Shown: in pieces, positions 1 to 12,519 of the stretch
Position numbering within the stretch: the stretch's first letter is position 1
Layout of the letters: each line of letters opens with the position of its first letter
Origin: Octopus bimaculoides
Lineage: Eukaryota
Reading direction: 5' to 3'
NCBI RefSeq assembly: GCF_001194135.2
Contig: NC_068985.1
Location: forward strand, 125,416,944-125,480,943
DNA length: 64,000 nucleotides
Position numbers and translations under genes: made by a program
Notes under the pieces: model-generated
What the model saw: the letters and a program-made list of their open reading frames with translations, nothing else
What the model was told of the DNA's origin: nothing
Databases searched by the model: none

Positions 1-35
<35 letters not shown>

Positions 36-79
36 TATACATACATTCATAGATACATATGTGTGTATATATATATATA

Positions 80-391
80 GTCAACAGATCATATCCATAG
101 ATTCTCTGTATAGAAAGTAGTACCGCTCAAATGATTCGAACTTAGACTCCGATGTCTTTGCGAGGGATCAACTCCGCGCGGACACCCACATAGATTGCAT
201 ATCTGATTTGGACCACCAAGAGTCACAGTTAAGTTCTGATCTTTGTGGATCTTAAAATGTCTTTTGAGATCTCCGTTAGATTTGCAGACCTTATGGTATG
301 CACGGCATTGAAAAGTGTACATAGATATATAGGCAGAATCGTTGGTGGAGTTTCGTTTTCCATGGATTCGTAAAGGAGATTTGAGCTCAGC
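80..391 (-). mobile_element. RTE-clade LINE, 3' end of ORF2 (C-terminal zinc-finger region) and 3' UTR, decayed
   Basis: Minus-strand translation AELKSPLR...FQCRAYHKVCKSNGDLKRHFKIH...ICNLCG matches the Cys/His finger tail of RTE ORF2; ends in (TA)n. Confidence 0.75.
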
Positions 392-842
392 AAAAGAAAA
401 GTATGGTCTGTGCACACAAAAAGGTCACTAAGATTCACCTTCTCGATCGCAATAAACTTCTTCAAGCTGCACATGGTGCTGGTTGCAACCCCGCTAAAAT
501 GTTCGTTAAGGGTAAGTTACTTGAGGTTGTTCACTCTTTGATATACCTTCGAAGCACTTTTCCAAATGATGGAAATCTGGATACAGAAATATATCTGCGA
601 ATTCAAAGAGTAACACAAGCATTTGGTGGCTCGGAGTCACATGCTTGGCACCAATGATTCTGAAAAACAAAATGATATCGTCTGGCCATATTGCTCGAAT
701 GGTGGATGAAAACACATGCAAACAACTGTTTTATGGCGAGCTTGCAGAGGGGAAACGAAATCGGTGTAAACCTAAAAAGAGGTTTAAGGACGGCATAAGG
801 CCAAAAGTGTTGAGTGGAGTGAAAGCGTTTGAGGAGGCCAAC

Positions 843-848
<6 letters not shown>
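392..848 (+). mobile_element. RTE-clade LINE ORF2 fragment (post-RT/thumb region), frameshifted, inverted relative to 80-391
   Basis: LLEVVHSLIYLRSTFPNDGNLDTEIYLRIQRVTQAFG and GHIARMVDENTCKQLFYGELAEGKRNRCKPKKRFKD are typical RTE ORF2 motifs. Confidence 0.85.
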
Positions 849-891
<43 letters not shown>

Positions 892-1834
892 CTACCACGC
901 ACACTCGCCCATATACACGCATATATATATATATATATATATNNNNNNNNNNNNNNNNNNNNNNNNNNNNNNNNNNNNNNNNNNNNNNNNNNNNNNNNNN
1001 NNNNNNNNNNNNNNNNNNNNNNNNNNNNNNNNNNNNNNNNNNNNNNNNNNNNNNNNNNNNNNNNNNNNNNNNNNNNNNNNNNNNNNNNNNNNNNNNNNNN
1101 NNNNNNNNNNNNNNNNNNNNNNNNNNNNNNNNNNNNNNNNNNNNNNNNNNNNNNNNNNNNNNNNNNNNNNNNNNNNNNNNNNNNNNNNNNNNNNNNNNNN
1201 NNNNNNNNNNNNNNNNNNNNNNNNNNNNNNNNNNNNNNNNNNNNNNNNNNNNNNNNNNNNNNNNNNNNNNNNNNNNNNNNNNNNNNNNNNNNNNNNNNNN
1301 NNNNNNNNNNNNNNNNNNNNNNNNNNNNNNNNNNNNNNNNNNNNNNNNNNNNNNNNNNNNNNNNNNNNNNNNNNNNNNNNNNNNNNNNNNNNNNNNNNNN
1401 NNNNNNNNNNNNNNNNNNNNNNNNNNNNNNNNNNNNNNNNNNNNNNNNNNNNNNNNNNNNNNNNNNNNNNNNNNNNNNNNNNNNNNNNNNNNNNNNNNNN
1501 NNNNNNNNNNNNNNNNNNNNNNNNNNNNNNNNNNNNNNNNNNNNNNNNNNNNNNNNNNNNNNNNNNNNNNNNNNNNNNNNNNNNNNNNNNNNNNNNNNNN
1601 NNNNNNNTATATATATATATATATATATGTATATCGGGGTGTGAAGAGAAAAATGGAGAGTGGAAAGAAAGGGAGAAACGTTTTGTTAACAGAGTGATGT
1701 CTTACAAATGTAAACTTTTAATACAGTCCTTTATTTGCTCAACTCGGACAGTCCGAGGTATGTTTCTGAACAACAGCGATGTACGCATATAGGGATAAAA
1801 TTGCTGATTTATGGAAATTATCTGGGTAATGCAG

Positions 1835-2110
1835 ACATGTGGCTTAGTGGTTAGACTGTTTCCCTAATGATCGTAAGATTATGCCTTCAGTTTCTGGACA
1901 GCGCGATGCGTTGTTTTCTTGAGCAAACCACTTCATTTCATATTGCTCTAGACCACTCAGCGAGCAAAAAATGAGTAATATAGGAAAGTTGCGACAAGCT
2001 TGGCAGCCCCGTGGGAACTTCTAAACTGACAAGCCAATGGCCTACCTCGGTATTGGATAATACCAGAGAGGGTACAAACTGTATGGTGGTAATTGGCATA
2101 CATTTAATGT
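1835..2110 (+). mobile_element. tRNA-derived SINE (CORE-like central domain), diverged
   Basis: A-box tggcttagtgg, degenerate B-box, followed by gcgttgttttcttgagcaaa..cttcatttcatattgctc shared with 5061-5400 and 26045-26290. Confidence 0.7.
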
Positions 2111-2469
2111 ATATATATATATATAATTTTCCAGAGGATGTAGCAACCGTTACCAATATAGCATAAGAACTTACCTTAGGGGATCATTAACTAGATTCCT
2201 TAAGGGTCGTTCTCACAGTTTATATTTATATTTCAATGTTTTTAACTTTTAAATTTGTATATTTAAAAGAGACAGAAACTTCAGACTCGANNNNNNNNNN
2301 AGTTGCGACAAGCTTGGCAGCCCCGTGGGAACTTCTAAACTGACAAGCCAATGGCCTACCTCGGTATTGGATAATACCAGAGAGGGTACAAACTGTATGG
2401 TGGTAATTGGCATACATTTAATGTATATATATATATATATACATATATATACACACACACACATACATG

Positions 2470-2775
2470 AGTAAGCACATAAATGCCAAACAAGGTGGAA
2501 AAATAGTACTCGAACATTGAAGGTAGAATAATATGCTTTTTTTTTATTAACGCTGCAAAAACATCACAAAAGCTGTTACTCAGAGTTTGACGTTCCCGTT
2601 CGTTGGACAGTTGTAATCAAGAATGGAAACAAATTAAGATTCCGTTGAATTAGGTACTTAAACTAAGGCACCTTCTTACGACGGTATAATCCGCACACTC
2701 AAACAATATTAATTGAATATTGAATATCAAACTCTGTGCAGGAGTGTTTGCACTTGATATTCCTGTCATGTGTGC
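2470..2775 (-). mobile_element. Penelope-like element 3' fragment (end of endonuclease ORF plus terminal repeat)
   Basis: Minus frame ends ..LYRRKKVP*FKYLIQRNLN, resembling a PLE GIY-YIG C-terminus (weak); followed by a hammerhead-like fold at 2573-2610. Confidence 0.5.
2573..2610 (-). ncRNA. Degenerate type I hammerhead motif
   Basis: CUGU-CCAACGA-ACG(GGAA)CGU-CAAA-CUC(U)GAGU-A-ACAG: helices I, II and III all pair, but the core has three substitutions. Confidence 0.45.
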
Positions 2776-2794
2776 ACACAACGCAACCCAGCTG

Positions 2795-2952
2795 GGTGAA
2801 GATATAGAACAAATCGATCCCAGGATTTATTCTTTGTAAGCCAATTACTTTTTCTATGGGTCTCTTGTGCTGAACCACTAAGTTACAGGGTCGTAAACGC
2901 ACTAAAATCGGTTGTCAAGCGATGGTGGTGAGAGGGCGACAAACACAGACAT

Positions 2953-2960
<8 letters not shown>
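2795..2960 (-). mobile_element. tRNA-SINE family A, 3' half
   Basis: Reverse complement matches the ...cgcttgacaaccga...taacttagcggttc...ctggggtcgatttgttc tail repeated across the window. Confidence 0.8.
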
Positions 2961-2993
<33 letters not shown>

Positions 2994-3084
2994 GAATATT
3001 AGTAATTTTTCATAATTTCTAGGGGTAAGCAAATACGAACTAACAGTTGCTACATAAGGACAAAAATCGTTTTACACAATGTTA

Positions 3085-3275
3085 TTGGTTTCAAGTTTTG
3101 GCGCAAATCCAGCAAGTTTAGGGGAGTGGGTAAGTCGATTATTGCTATTTATTTTATCGATTCCGAAATGACGAAAGCCAAATTTGGCCTCGGTGGAATT
3201 TGAACTCAAAATGTGAAAACAGACAAAATACTGCTATGTATTTTGCCTAGCAGACAGTTTGTCAGTTTGCCGCCT
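3085..3275 (-). mobile_element. tRNA-SINE family D (Deu/Nin-like central domain)
   Basis: Reverse complement contains gagttcaaattccaccgaggcc..tttggctttcgtcat. Confidence 0.75.
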
Positions 3276-4023
3276 AAACTTAGCGTCATTGTTGATAGCA
3301 TTGTACTCTAGTATATCTGCTAAGCTAGCGACTCAGGACAGATGACGTAACGCCTCCACTGATCAGATAGTTTCTTACAAACATACCATACACATTTTAA
3401 ACCTATGCATTCTTTGTTAACAAGGTTATTTTATTTTTGTGCATTGCTTTTACTCTGAACATTCCAACAACCCGAACTCTTAAATATTTCATTAAAGACA
3501 ATTTCATTCACTTCAGTAACAGTTTGTAAGCATTTGCTATTATTTTATTTGTGTATTTATTCAATTTTTGTTAACATTAGCATTTTATTTGTTGCATGTA
3601 GTCAGACGTGTTTTTTTTTCTTTAAATAAATCTCTTTGTTCGATTGCGCAAGAGTTTTATATCTGCTTCCTCTGCATTCATTCACATGCACTCTTTACTC
3701 AATAAATTTAATTGTGAAGTGGCGACTGTCTGATACAAACTACAGGTTTGTTATCGCGTCGAAAAGTGTGTCTTATCAGAAATATATAAAAGTATCACGA
3801 ATAAAGATTATTTGAATTACTTTTGGTGTCACCTCTTTATATATATATATATAATGCATGACCTGAACAATGCAACAAAAACTTTCAAAATCTTCACCGA
3901 TTAACTGGTGAATGAATACTGGTCAGAGAGCCACATGCTAAGTGTAGTAATTCAGAACTGGAAAAGTTACCAGAAAATTAACAATAAAACAAGACGAGAG
4001 GTGAACACACGCACACACACACC

Positions 4024-4115
<92 letters not shown>

Positions 4116-4569
4116 GTATTCTTTTTAAAGGGAGACAGCTATATTTCACTTAAAAGGTTGATTTTTACTCCCCTCCTCCGCGTTCGGCGTGATTCTGGAC
4201 ATATATATATATATATTAAAACAACAACACTCATTATTATATTAGGAGATTTTAGCTAAAATTGTAAATATCGACATATCCATCTGTTAGCTACAGATTT
4301 AGTTAATTTGCAATTGGAAATCAATGACACAGAAAGGTGCTTGAAATTTAAAGCTTGTATCTCTTTGTATAGAGATACGAAGAAAAGCCTTCTTTCCTTC
4401 TTTGAAAGATATCGAGCAGGGCCGAGGGCCTTAAGTTTCTCGATTGTTGTTGATTAGCTCCTGGTTGTCATTCATGGAGCAATACTGTTATCAAAGACAT
4501 TCCGGCTCTAAAAATCTTGACTTTTCTTTATCTTTGTATTTTGTGTGTTTATAGTTTGCTATTGACCAC

Positions 4570-4905
4570 TGTGCATAGGTATGGGTGAGTGGTTAAGAAC
4601 TTCGCTTAGCAACCGTGACATCCTGGGTTCCATCCCACAGTTTTGTATCATAAGAAAGTGCTTTAATCAGTCAGTTCTTCAGGTTGATCCAAACCTTGTG
4701 AGTCAATTCAAGTAAAAGGAAAGTGTACGGAAGCCCATCAGATGGACTGCATTTATAATTCGAAGATCCAGCTTCTTTACACTTATGGCACGAATGCTCT
4801 ACTTCAAAATTACATTAGATCACGTGTCTATGGAATACCCAGTCACTTCACATGCTAATTCAATGGGTAAGTTGTTCATTTGATTGAACCAACGGGCGCT
4901 CATAC
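4570..4905 (+). mobile_element. Diverged tRNA-SINE with tail shared with 38888-39175
   Basis: Head ggtgagtggttaagaac..gggttccatccc; tail cacgtgtctatggaatacccagtcacttcacatgctaatt. Confidence 0.6.
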
Positions 4906-5060
4906 AAGAGAGTCGCGAAACGAGCTACAGATATGTTGCCTGCTGGAGATAGTAGATCATTTAGTGTTAGATTTGTGGCTGTTAATTCACATACATACAA
5001 CGGTGAATATTTTTCTGTTAACTAGAATTCTCCGTCGGATTAAACTCGGGACTACACAGC

Positions 5061-5400
5061 CGTGAAGGCGCATGGCTCAACGGTTAATATGTCGAGCTCA
5101 CAATCATGAGGTAGTAAGTTTGATTCCCAGACCGGGTTATGTGTTGTGTTCTTAAGCAAGGCACTTTATTTCGCATTGCTCCAGTTCAGTCAGCTGTAGA
5201 AATGAGTTGTGACATCACTGGTGCCAAGCTATATCGGCCCCTTTGCCTTTCCCTTGGATAACATCGGTGGCATGAGAGAGGAGGATGGTATGCATGGGCG
5301 ACTGCTGGTCTTACATAAACAATCTTACCTGGACTTATGCCTCGGAGGGTAACTTTCTAGGTGCGATCCCATGGTCATTGATGACCGAAAGGGATCTTTA
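5061..5400 (+). mobile_element. Near full-length tRNA-derived SINE
   Basis: A-box-like tggctcaacgg, B-box aagtttgattccc, CORE-like gtgttcttaagcaaggcactttatt, intact 3' body. Confidence 0.85.
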
Positions 5401-5974
5401 TACAACAGTAAGAACAATGCAAATGAGGAACAGAAGAAGCCAAATCAGGACTATACTACAAATAAATAATAATAATAATAATAATAATAATAGTAATAAT
5501 AATAAATAAATAAATGAATAAAAGAAAAAAAAAAAGAAATAATGAGATCCCTATCAGAATTTCCGATCATGATTACTCCGTCGATTGAACAGTGCGTTAA
5601 AGCCGAAGAATATATAAAAGTTAAAAAGTGTCAAAAACATTAATTCTGCTCCCTGCTTGTCTTCCAAATTCTGAATAAATAACATCAAGGTTCTTTGCCC
5701 TTTGTGGTTCAACTTCTATTGTTATGTTTTTAAGTTCGCATTTTGATGCCCGTTAGCACTAAGATCGCTAAAGGGTGGGCTGAATTTGTGCCTCATGCCG
5801 GCGGAGCAAAGCAACACGAAACTGCTTAAGGGTTACTCTAATTCCATTAGTCGGGATAGACCACATGGGAGCTGAATCTATTGATTAGGAAGCCATGTGG
5901 ACACACGCACAGAAACCCACATGTATTTGTATAAAAGATGCATGTATACACTGTTTCTTTTATGTTGAAAGGCC

Positions 5975-6017
<43 letters not shown>

Positions 6018-6129
6018 CATACATACATGCATATACATGTCTAGATAGATAGATAGACAGTTAGACAGATATGTATGTATTTATGTACGTATGTAAATAA
6101 TACATGATATATTCTCCCCAAAATAATTG

Positions 6130-6350
6130 CTATAATAATCCTTTCTACTATAGACACAAGGCCTGAAATTTGGAGGGAGAGGGATAGTCGATTATATCGA
6201 CCCCAGTGCTCAACTGGTACTCATTTTATCGACCCCTAAAGGATGAAAGGCAAAGTTGACCTCGGATGAATTTGAACTCAGAACGTAGCGGCAGAGGAAA
6301 TACCGCTGAGCATTTAGCCCGGCGTCCGAACGATTCTTCTAGGTCGCTGC
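6130..6350 (-). mobile_element. tRNA-SINE family D, near full length
   Basis: Reverse complement: gttctgagttcaaattcatccgaggtcaactttgcctttcatcc..ggggtcgataaaatgagtaccag. Confidence 0.9.
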
Positions 6351-6466
6351 AGTAATAATAGCTATAATGATTGCTAGATTTTGTATGTCTGTATCGTAAC
6401 CTCCACTTTGCATCGCAACTCGCCCGCTCTATGATTCTGTCTGTCTGTCTGCATGTATGTATGTAT

Positions 6467-6770
6467 GTTATCAATCAGTTTCATTTCTGTATTTCTTGTC
6501 CATAGAGAAAGAGCTGGACATAGATTCAAGGCTCCTTCATTGGAACATTTATCAACATCATCTAGGTATTTGTGCATATGTGTGTGTGTGTGCAGTATTT
6601 GGTGTTAGTGTATGCGCAGATTTGTATGTTTGTTTTATGGATGCGTTTTTATGTCTAGATGCATGCATATGTATTTATGTGCTAAGTTTTTGGAAAGTTT
6701 TACATATTTTTACAGTTCCATTGATGGCTTGAATCTGTAGTCTTCTAATCAGCCTTTTTCTTTCAGGTTT
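6467..6770 (-). mobile_element. R4/Dong-like REL-endonuclease LINE, 3' end
   Basis: Minus translation KPERKRLIRRLQIQAINGTVKICKTFQKL* homologous to 54637-54942; followed by (CATA)n. Confidence 0.8.
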
Positions 6771-7949
6771 NNNNNNNNNNNNNNNNNNNNNNNNNNNNNN
6801 NNNNNNNNNNNNNNNNNNNNNNNNNNNNNNNNNNNNNNNNNNNNNNNNNNNNNNNNNNNNNNNNNNNNNNNNNNNNNNNNNNNNNNNNNNNNNNNNNNNN
6901 NNNNNNNNNNNNNNNNNNNNNNNNNNNNNNNNNNNNNNNNNNNNNNNNNNNNNNNNNNNNNNNNNNNNNNNNNNNNNNNNNNNNNNNNNNNNNNNNNNNN
7001 NNNNNNNNNNNNNNNNNNNNNNNNNNNNNNNNNNNNNNNNNNNNNNNNNNNNNNNNNNNNNNNNNNNNNNNNNNNNNNNNNNNNNNNNNNNNNNNNNNNN
7101 NNNNNNNNNNNNNNNNNNNNNNNNNNNNNNNNNNNNNNNNNNNNNNNNNNNNNNNNNNNNNNNNNNNNNNNNNNNNNNNNNNNNNNNNNNNNNNNNNNNN
7201 NNNNNNNNNNNNNNNNNNNNNNNNNNNNNNNNNNNNNNNNNNNNNNNNNNNNNNNNNNNNNNNNNNNNNNNNNNNNNNNNNNNNNNNNNNNNNNNNNNNN
7301 NNNNNNNNNNNNNNNNNNNNNNNNNNNNNNNNNNNNNNNNNNNNNNNNNNNNNNNNNNNNNNNNNNNNNNNNNNNNNNNNNNNNNNNNNNNNNNNNNNNN
7401 NNNNNNNNNNNNNNNNNNNNNNNNNNNNNNNNNNNNNNNNNNNNNNNNNNNNNNNNNNNNNNNNNNNNNNNNNNNNNNNNNNNNNNNNNNNNNNNNNNNN
7501 NNNNNNNNNNNNNNNNNNNNNNNNNNNNNNNNNNNNNNNNNNNNNNNNNNNNNNNNNNNNNNNNNNNNNNNNNNNNNNNNNNNNNNNNNNNNNNNNNNNN
7601 NNNNNNNNNATATATATATATATATATATATATATAGGGGATGTTTTCGTATATGGATATGTATGTATATGCATACATATATATATGTGTGAGGTGCTTG
7701 CAAATACAGTCCTGTTCTCAGACAGTTATAGCCCCAGAAGTTGTTCATCATAGTTTTACTCATAGGGGTTGATTTACGACTAAACAACAGCAACATTAAA
7801 ATAACAACAGCCGCAGCAGATGCAGAAGCAGCCATAGTGCCCACAGCAATAGTAGCGGCAGCAACAACAGCAGTAGTAGGGTGCAACAGCAGCAGTAGCG
7901 AAAACAACAAGAAAGAGCCAATGTGGATGCCTGTAAGAGGTCGCTGGTT

Positions 7950-8105
7950 TTACAAGAAATAGCAGCCAAATTTCAGTAAAATAGCAGACATATTTATTTG
8001 TCACTTAAGACTTCGATACATTATGTTCGAACCAGTGCGGGATGTCGCGAATGGGATGCTTTTAATTGTTCATGGTATGTAATGTTGACCTAGGGTTAAA
8101 TAACC
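7950..8105 (+). mobile_element. SINE family E tail, diverged
   Basis: agaaatagcagccaaa...gacctagggttaaataac resembles 31190-31380 and 11685-11832. Confidence 0.5.
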
Positions 8106-8449
8106 ACTGCAAGAATAACAGAATTAAAGACCGAGAATAAGGACAGCATCAACGTCAACAACTATAATTAGGGGACAGCGGCAACAGCAAGCAATAGCAG
8201 AAAGCGAGCAAGAATAACAATCATCAGAAGTACCAGCACCAACACTACCACCGCCACCACCATCATCACCCCCCCCCAGCAGCCACCGCCATCACCATCA
8301 CTGCCACCGCTGACACCAGCACCATCACCATCATCATCTTCATCATTATGAAGATCGTCATCGTCATCACCATCGTTACCAATGCCTAAACATTTATTTT
8401 GTCGGTTACGCTGGGACGCCGGTGTTGTTAACGGACACACACGCACACC

Positions 8450-8490
<41 letters not shown>

Positions 8491-8634
8491 ATGTCTGTAT
8501 ATGTGTATGTACACAAGCACATTCAAACTCCCGCACACACAAAAACACGTAGAATTGCTGCTTTCTTTAACATGCCTCGCCGTTTTATTTCACGTCCAAT
8601 TAGAACCACCACCGACAACGCGAATAAGAACGAG

Positions 8635-8669
<35 letters not shown>

Positions 8670-8832
8670 CNNNNNNNNNNACAACAACAACAACAACAAC
8701 AACAACAACAGCAGCAGCAGCAGCAGCAACTAATTGCTGCTTTGTAATAGGTCCGGTGTTCAAATATTGCTAGCGAAAACTATAATTCTGTTTTGGATCC
8801 CTGCGAAGATCGATACCTTATCAACAATAGCA

Positions 8833-9045
8833 CTTTTCTGCCATAGAGGCACAAGGCTTGAAATTTAGGAAGGGTGGATAGTGAAAGGGATTAAGTGGAT
8901 TAAGCTAACCCTCATTTAGTCAGTATTGATCGGTACTTAGTTTCACACCACCAGACTTCGTTAGGATGGAATGCAAAGTTAACTTCGGCGGGTGTTTGAA
9001 CTCAGAAATGTAAAACAAAAAGCCGGGAGAAATACTGTAAGGCAA
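8833..9045 (-). mobile_element. tRNA-SINE family D
   Basis: gcacaaggcttgaaattt...tttgaactcagaaatgtaaaac matches the other family D copies. Confidence 0.75.
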
Positions 9046-9993
9046 GCAGCAACAACTACAAACTACAAAAGAAAACCAACTATTAGAACAACAGTAGTAG
9101 CAGCAATAATAACAGTAGCAACTACAAGAACACCGACTACAGAAGCAGCAGGAACTCCAGTAACGGCAAAGCAGCAGCAACGTAGACAACATCAGCAGTA
9201 AACTACAAGTTTAAGTTTGTTAGAGAAACCCCGCTGCTTTCAACAGCAGCAGCAGCAGAAGCAGTAGAAGCAGCAGCAGCAGTTTTTATACACTCACCTC
9301 CATGACGACCACGACGACGACGACGACCACCACCACCCCGGCCACCACCACCAACGCCATCACCACCACCACTACAACAACAACAGACACCCACCCACCA
9401 CAACTACGGTATCAAGCCGAAACCACTACCACACCCGGGTGGTTATAGTTACATATCTCAATTGTTTGTGCGTGCGTGTGTGCATATAAACATATATGTG
9501 TGTATGTAGATAAGTAGTAGTGGTGGTGGTAGTAGTAGTAGTGGTGGTGATGGTGGTAGTGTCGAGTGTAGTGGTGGTGCCGGCGGTGGTGGTGGCGTCG
9601 ACAGAGGGTCGACAAATGTAGTAAGCATAACGATGGGTGCTCGCTTGCTCCCCGCAGCGTTCCACCGGGACTGGTTGTTTGACCAGACGAGGAGGGTGCT
9701 GTTGTTGAATGGACCGGGACCAGATCGGGTCGGATCGGATCGGACTGAAGAGGGGTGGGTGCTTTGACCACCACCACCACCTTCATCATTACTGTCCCTC
9801 CCCCCTCCCCCCCACCACGAAAACCGTCTACAAATACAAGAAGGACAATAACAGAAACATTGTCATTTTTACGATAATAAGGATTCTTTGTAGGCCTTTG
9901 AAGATGCTACGAAAAGGTGGAGAGGTATTTGACCTTTGAAACAGGTATTACTACTAATTACTATTGTTTCGACTGGAACTTAGATTTAAGACA

Positions 9994-10086
9994 ATGCAGA
10001 ATATAAGGAGTACATTAAAACAGGAGTTCACGCTTTCAAATATATGCTTTACCTATAGCAAACCCGAGGCTTTTTTCCTACCACAG
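9994..10086 (+). CDS. Candidate coding exon (MQNIRSTLKQEFTLSNICFTYSKPEAFFLPQ) ending at a strong donor
   Basis: 31 open codons from an ATG to CAG|GTGAGT; no homology recognised. Confidence 0.2.
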
Positions 10087-10266
10087 GTGAGTTGAAATGT
10101 ATTACTTTACCTTTCATATTTGAATACAGGAGCGGGTATATATATACACACACGCAAACACATACGAGCACGTGCGCACACATGCACAAACACACACACA
10201 GACACACACACGCACACTCTCAAGCTCGCACCGGCATGTCTACATATATGTTATCTATCTATCTAG

Positions 10267-10299
<33 letters not shown>

Positions 10300-10309
10300 N
10301 NNNNNNNNN

Positions 10310-10353
<44 letters not shown>

Positions 10354-10377
10354 CATATATATGTGTATATATATGTG

Positions 10378-10656
10378 CTCTTTTACTCTTTTATTCCTTT
10401 ATTTGTTCCAGTCTTTTGACTGGAGCACCGCCTTTAGTCGAACGAATCGACCCCAGGACTTATTCTTTGTAAGCCTAGTACTTATTCTATCTGTCTCTTT
10501 CACCGAACCGCTAGGTTACGGGGACGTAAACACTCCAGTATCGGTTGTCAAGCGATGGTGGGGGGATAAACGAACACATATATATATATGACGGGTTTCT
10601 TTCAGTTTCCATCTACCAAATCCACTCACAGGGATTTGGTCGGCCCAAGGCACTAT
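10378..10656 (-). mobile_element. tRNA-SINE family A, 5'-truncated
   Basis: High identity to the other family A copies (gaccccaggacttattctttgtaagcctagtactt). Confidence 0.9.
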
Positions 10657-10665
10657 ACATATATA

Positions 10666-10718
<53 letters not shown>

Positions 10719-10764
10719 TCGTTTATTGTTTTGTTTTAGTNNNNNNNNNNCACACATATATTCG

Positions 10765-10830
10765 TTTATTGTTTTGTTTTAGTCATTTGACTGCGGCCAT
10801 GCTGGAGCACCGCCTTTAGTCGAACAAATA
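10765..10830 (-). mobile_element. SINE family A, 3' stub
   Basis: tagtcatttgactgcggccatgctggagcaccgcctttagtcgaacaaat. Confidence 0.85.
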
Positions 10831-11017
10831 CACGAACACATACACACACTCACACACATACACACACACACATTTACACATACAAACATACATTACCTCG
10901 CCGTAAATATACAGGTATCTCGACTTACACGCTCACGCATGGCTGATTCTCAGTTTATCTTTGTCTCTCTCTCTATATTTCTGTCTGTCTATCCGATTGT
11001 CTGCCTGTCTATAAACG

Positions 11018-11079
<62 letters not shown>

Positions 11080-11082
11080 TTG

Positions 11083-11173
<91 letters not shown>

Positions 11174-11321
11174 TTGTCTATCTATATATACACGCTCGCA
11201 CACATACGTCAAAGCGTCTGTTTATAAACGCTTGTGCTTGAGTTCTGTGTTTGTGCGTTTGTGTTTGCGAACTCAAAACGTTTTAAGAAATACATGCATA
11301 CATATATACATATACATATAC

Positions 11322-11363
<42 letters not shown>

Positions 11364-11684
11364 GAGGGTGTATGTAGAGGAATGTACATAGGTGTATATC
11401 ATGGTATTTGTAACTATTACCGGTATGTGAGTCTAAGTGACTATTCCACGCACTCGCACGCGCACGTACACAACCTCACTCTTTCTCTCTTTCCTTCCCT
11501 CTAATAACGTGCGTGTGTGCCTGCGTGTATAATATATTTGTAAGACACTTATCTATCTATCTATCTATCTGTCTGTATGTCTGTCTGTCTGTCTGTCTGT
11601 CTGTCTTTTACATGTATCAGCCATGCAGCTGCGGTCATACTGGAGCATCATCGTACAAAGATAAACGCGCACACACACACATAC

Positions 11685-11832
11685 AGCTAGAAATAGCAGT
11701 TAAGTATTTCTCATTATTGTAAACTTTAACAAATTGAATTAATACACGGCAGAAAATCGTCTTAGATAAATATGAGACGACGTGTTGGCCATGGCTGGGA
11801 TGTCTCTTATCGTAGATCTGCTCGGGGCTTAA
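11685..11832 (+). mobile_element. SINE family E tail
   Basis: agaaatagcag...gatctgctcggggcttaaaac. Confidence 0.5.
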
Positions 11833-12024
11833 AACAGTAACATATTGCATTTTCTTTCACTTTCTCCCTCTTTTTCTCTCTCCTCCAACTCCTTTCCGTC
11901 TTCTCTGCAGGCACACACACACACACACACTCTAACATACACTCACACGTATGCACACACACACATGCACACGTCCACTCTCTATTTCTCTCTCTTTCTC
12001 TCTCTCTTTCTCTCTCTTTCTCTC

Positions 12025-12067
<43 letters not shown>

Positions 12068-12519
12068 CTCGCTTTCTCTCTCTCTTTCTCTCCACACACA
12101 CATGTATGTAAGGATGCATGTGGGTGTGTCTTTGTATACATAGTTGTCAAACTACAACTTTCTGCTAATAGACAATGTATCTCACATAATACATATATTC
12201 ACACACACACACACACACACACACNNNNNNNNNNNNNNNNNNNNNNNNNNNNNNNNNNNNNNNNNNNNNNNNNNNNNNNNNNNNNNNNNNNNNNNNNNNN
12301 NNNNNNNNNNNNNNNNNNNNNNNNNNNNNNNNNNNNNNNNNNNNNNNNNNNNNNNNNNNNNNNNNNNNNNNNNNNNNNNNNNNNNNNNNNNNNNNNNNNN
12401 NNNNNNNNNNNNNNNNNNNNNNNNNNNNNNNNNNNNNNNNNNNNNNNNNNNNNNNNNNNNNNNNNNNNNNNNNNNNNNNNNNNNNNNNNNNNNGTGTGTG
12501 TGTGTGTCTGTGTGTGTCT

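Larger units (their letters stand above)
7700..9960. other. CpG-richer region dominated by (CAG)/(CAC)/(AAC)/(GAC) simple repeats; possible gene 5' region
   Basis: Higher GC and more CG dinucleotides than the flanks; few TE fragments; no recognisable ORF. Confidence 0.3.

Noticed and set aside
202-330. C2H2 zinc-finger-like peptide as a member of the octopus C2H2-ZNF expansion
   Set aside because: Contiguous with RTE ORF2 motifs and lacks TGEKP linkers; better explained as the LINE C-terminus
1987-2439. About 140-bp exact direct repeat (1987-2125 and 2301-2439)
   Set aside because: The second copy starts exactly at a 10-N gap; typical unmerged contig overlap
7741-9789. Ala/Thr/His/Gln-rich ORFs as low-complexity proteins
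   Set aside because: Produced by trinucleotide repeats open in several frames, partly overlapping SINE fragments
10711-10782. Short exact duplications flanking 10-N or short gaps (also about 13040-13130 and 63330-63590)
   Set aside because: Assembly artefacts of the same kind
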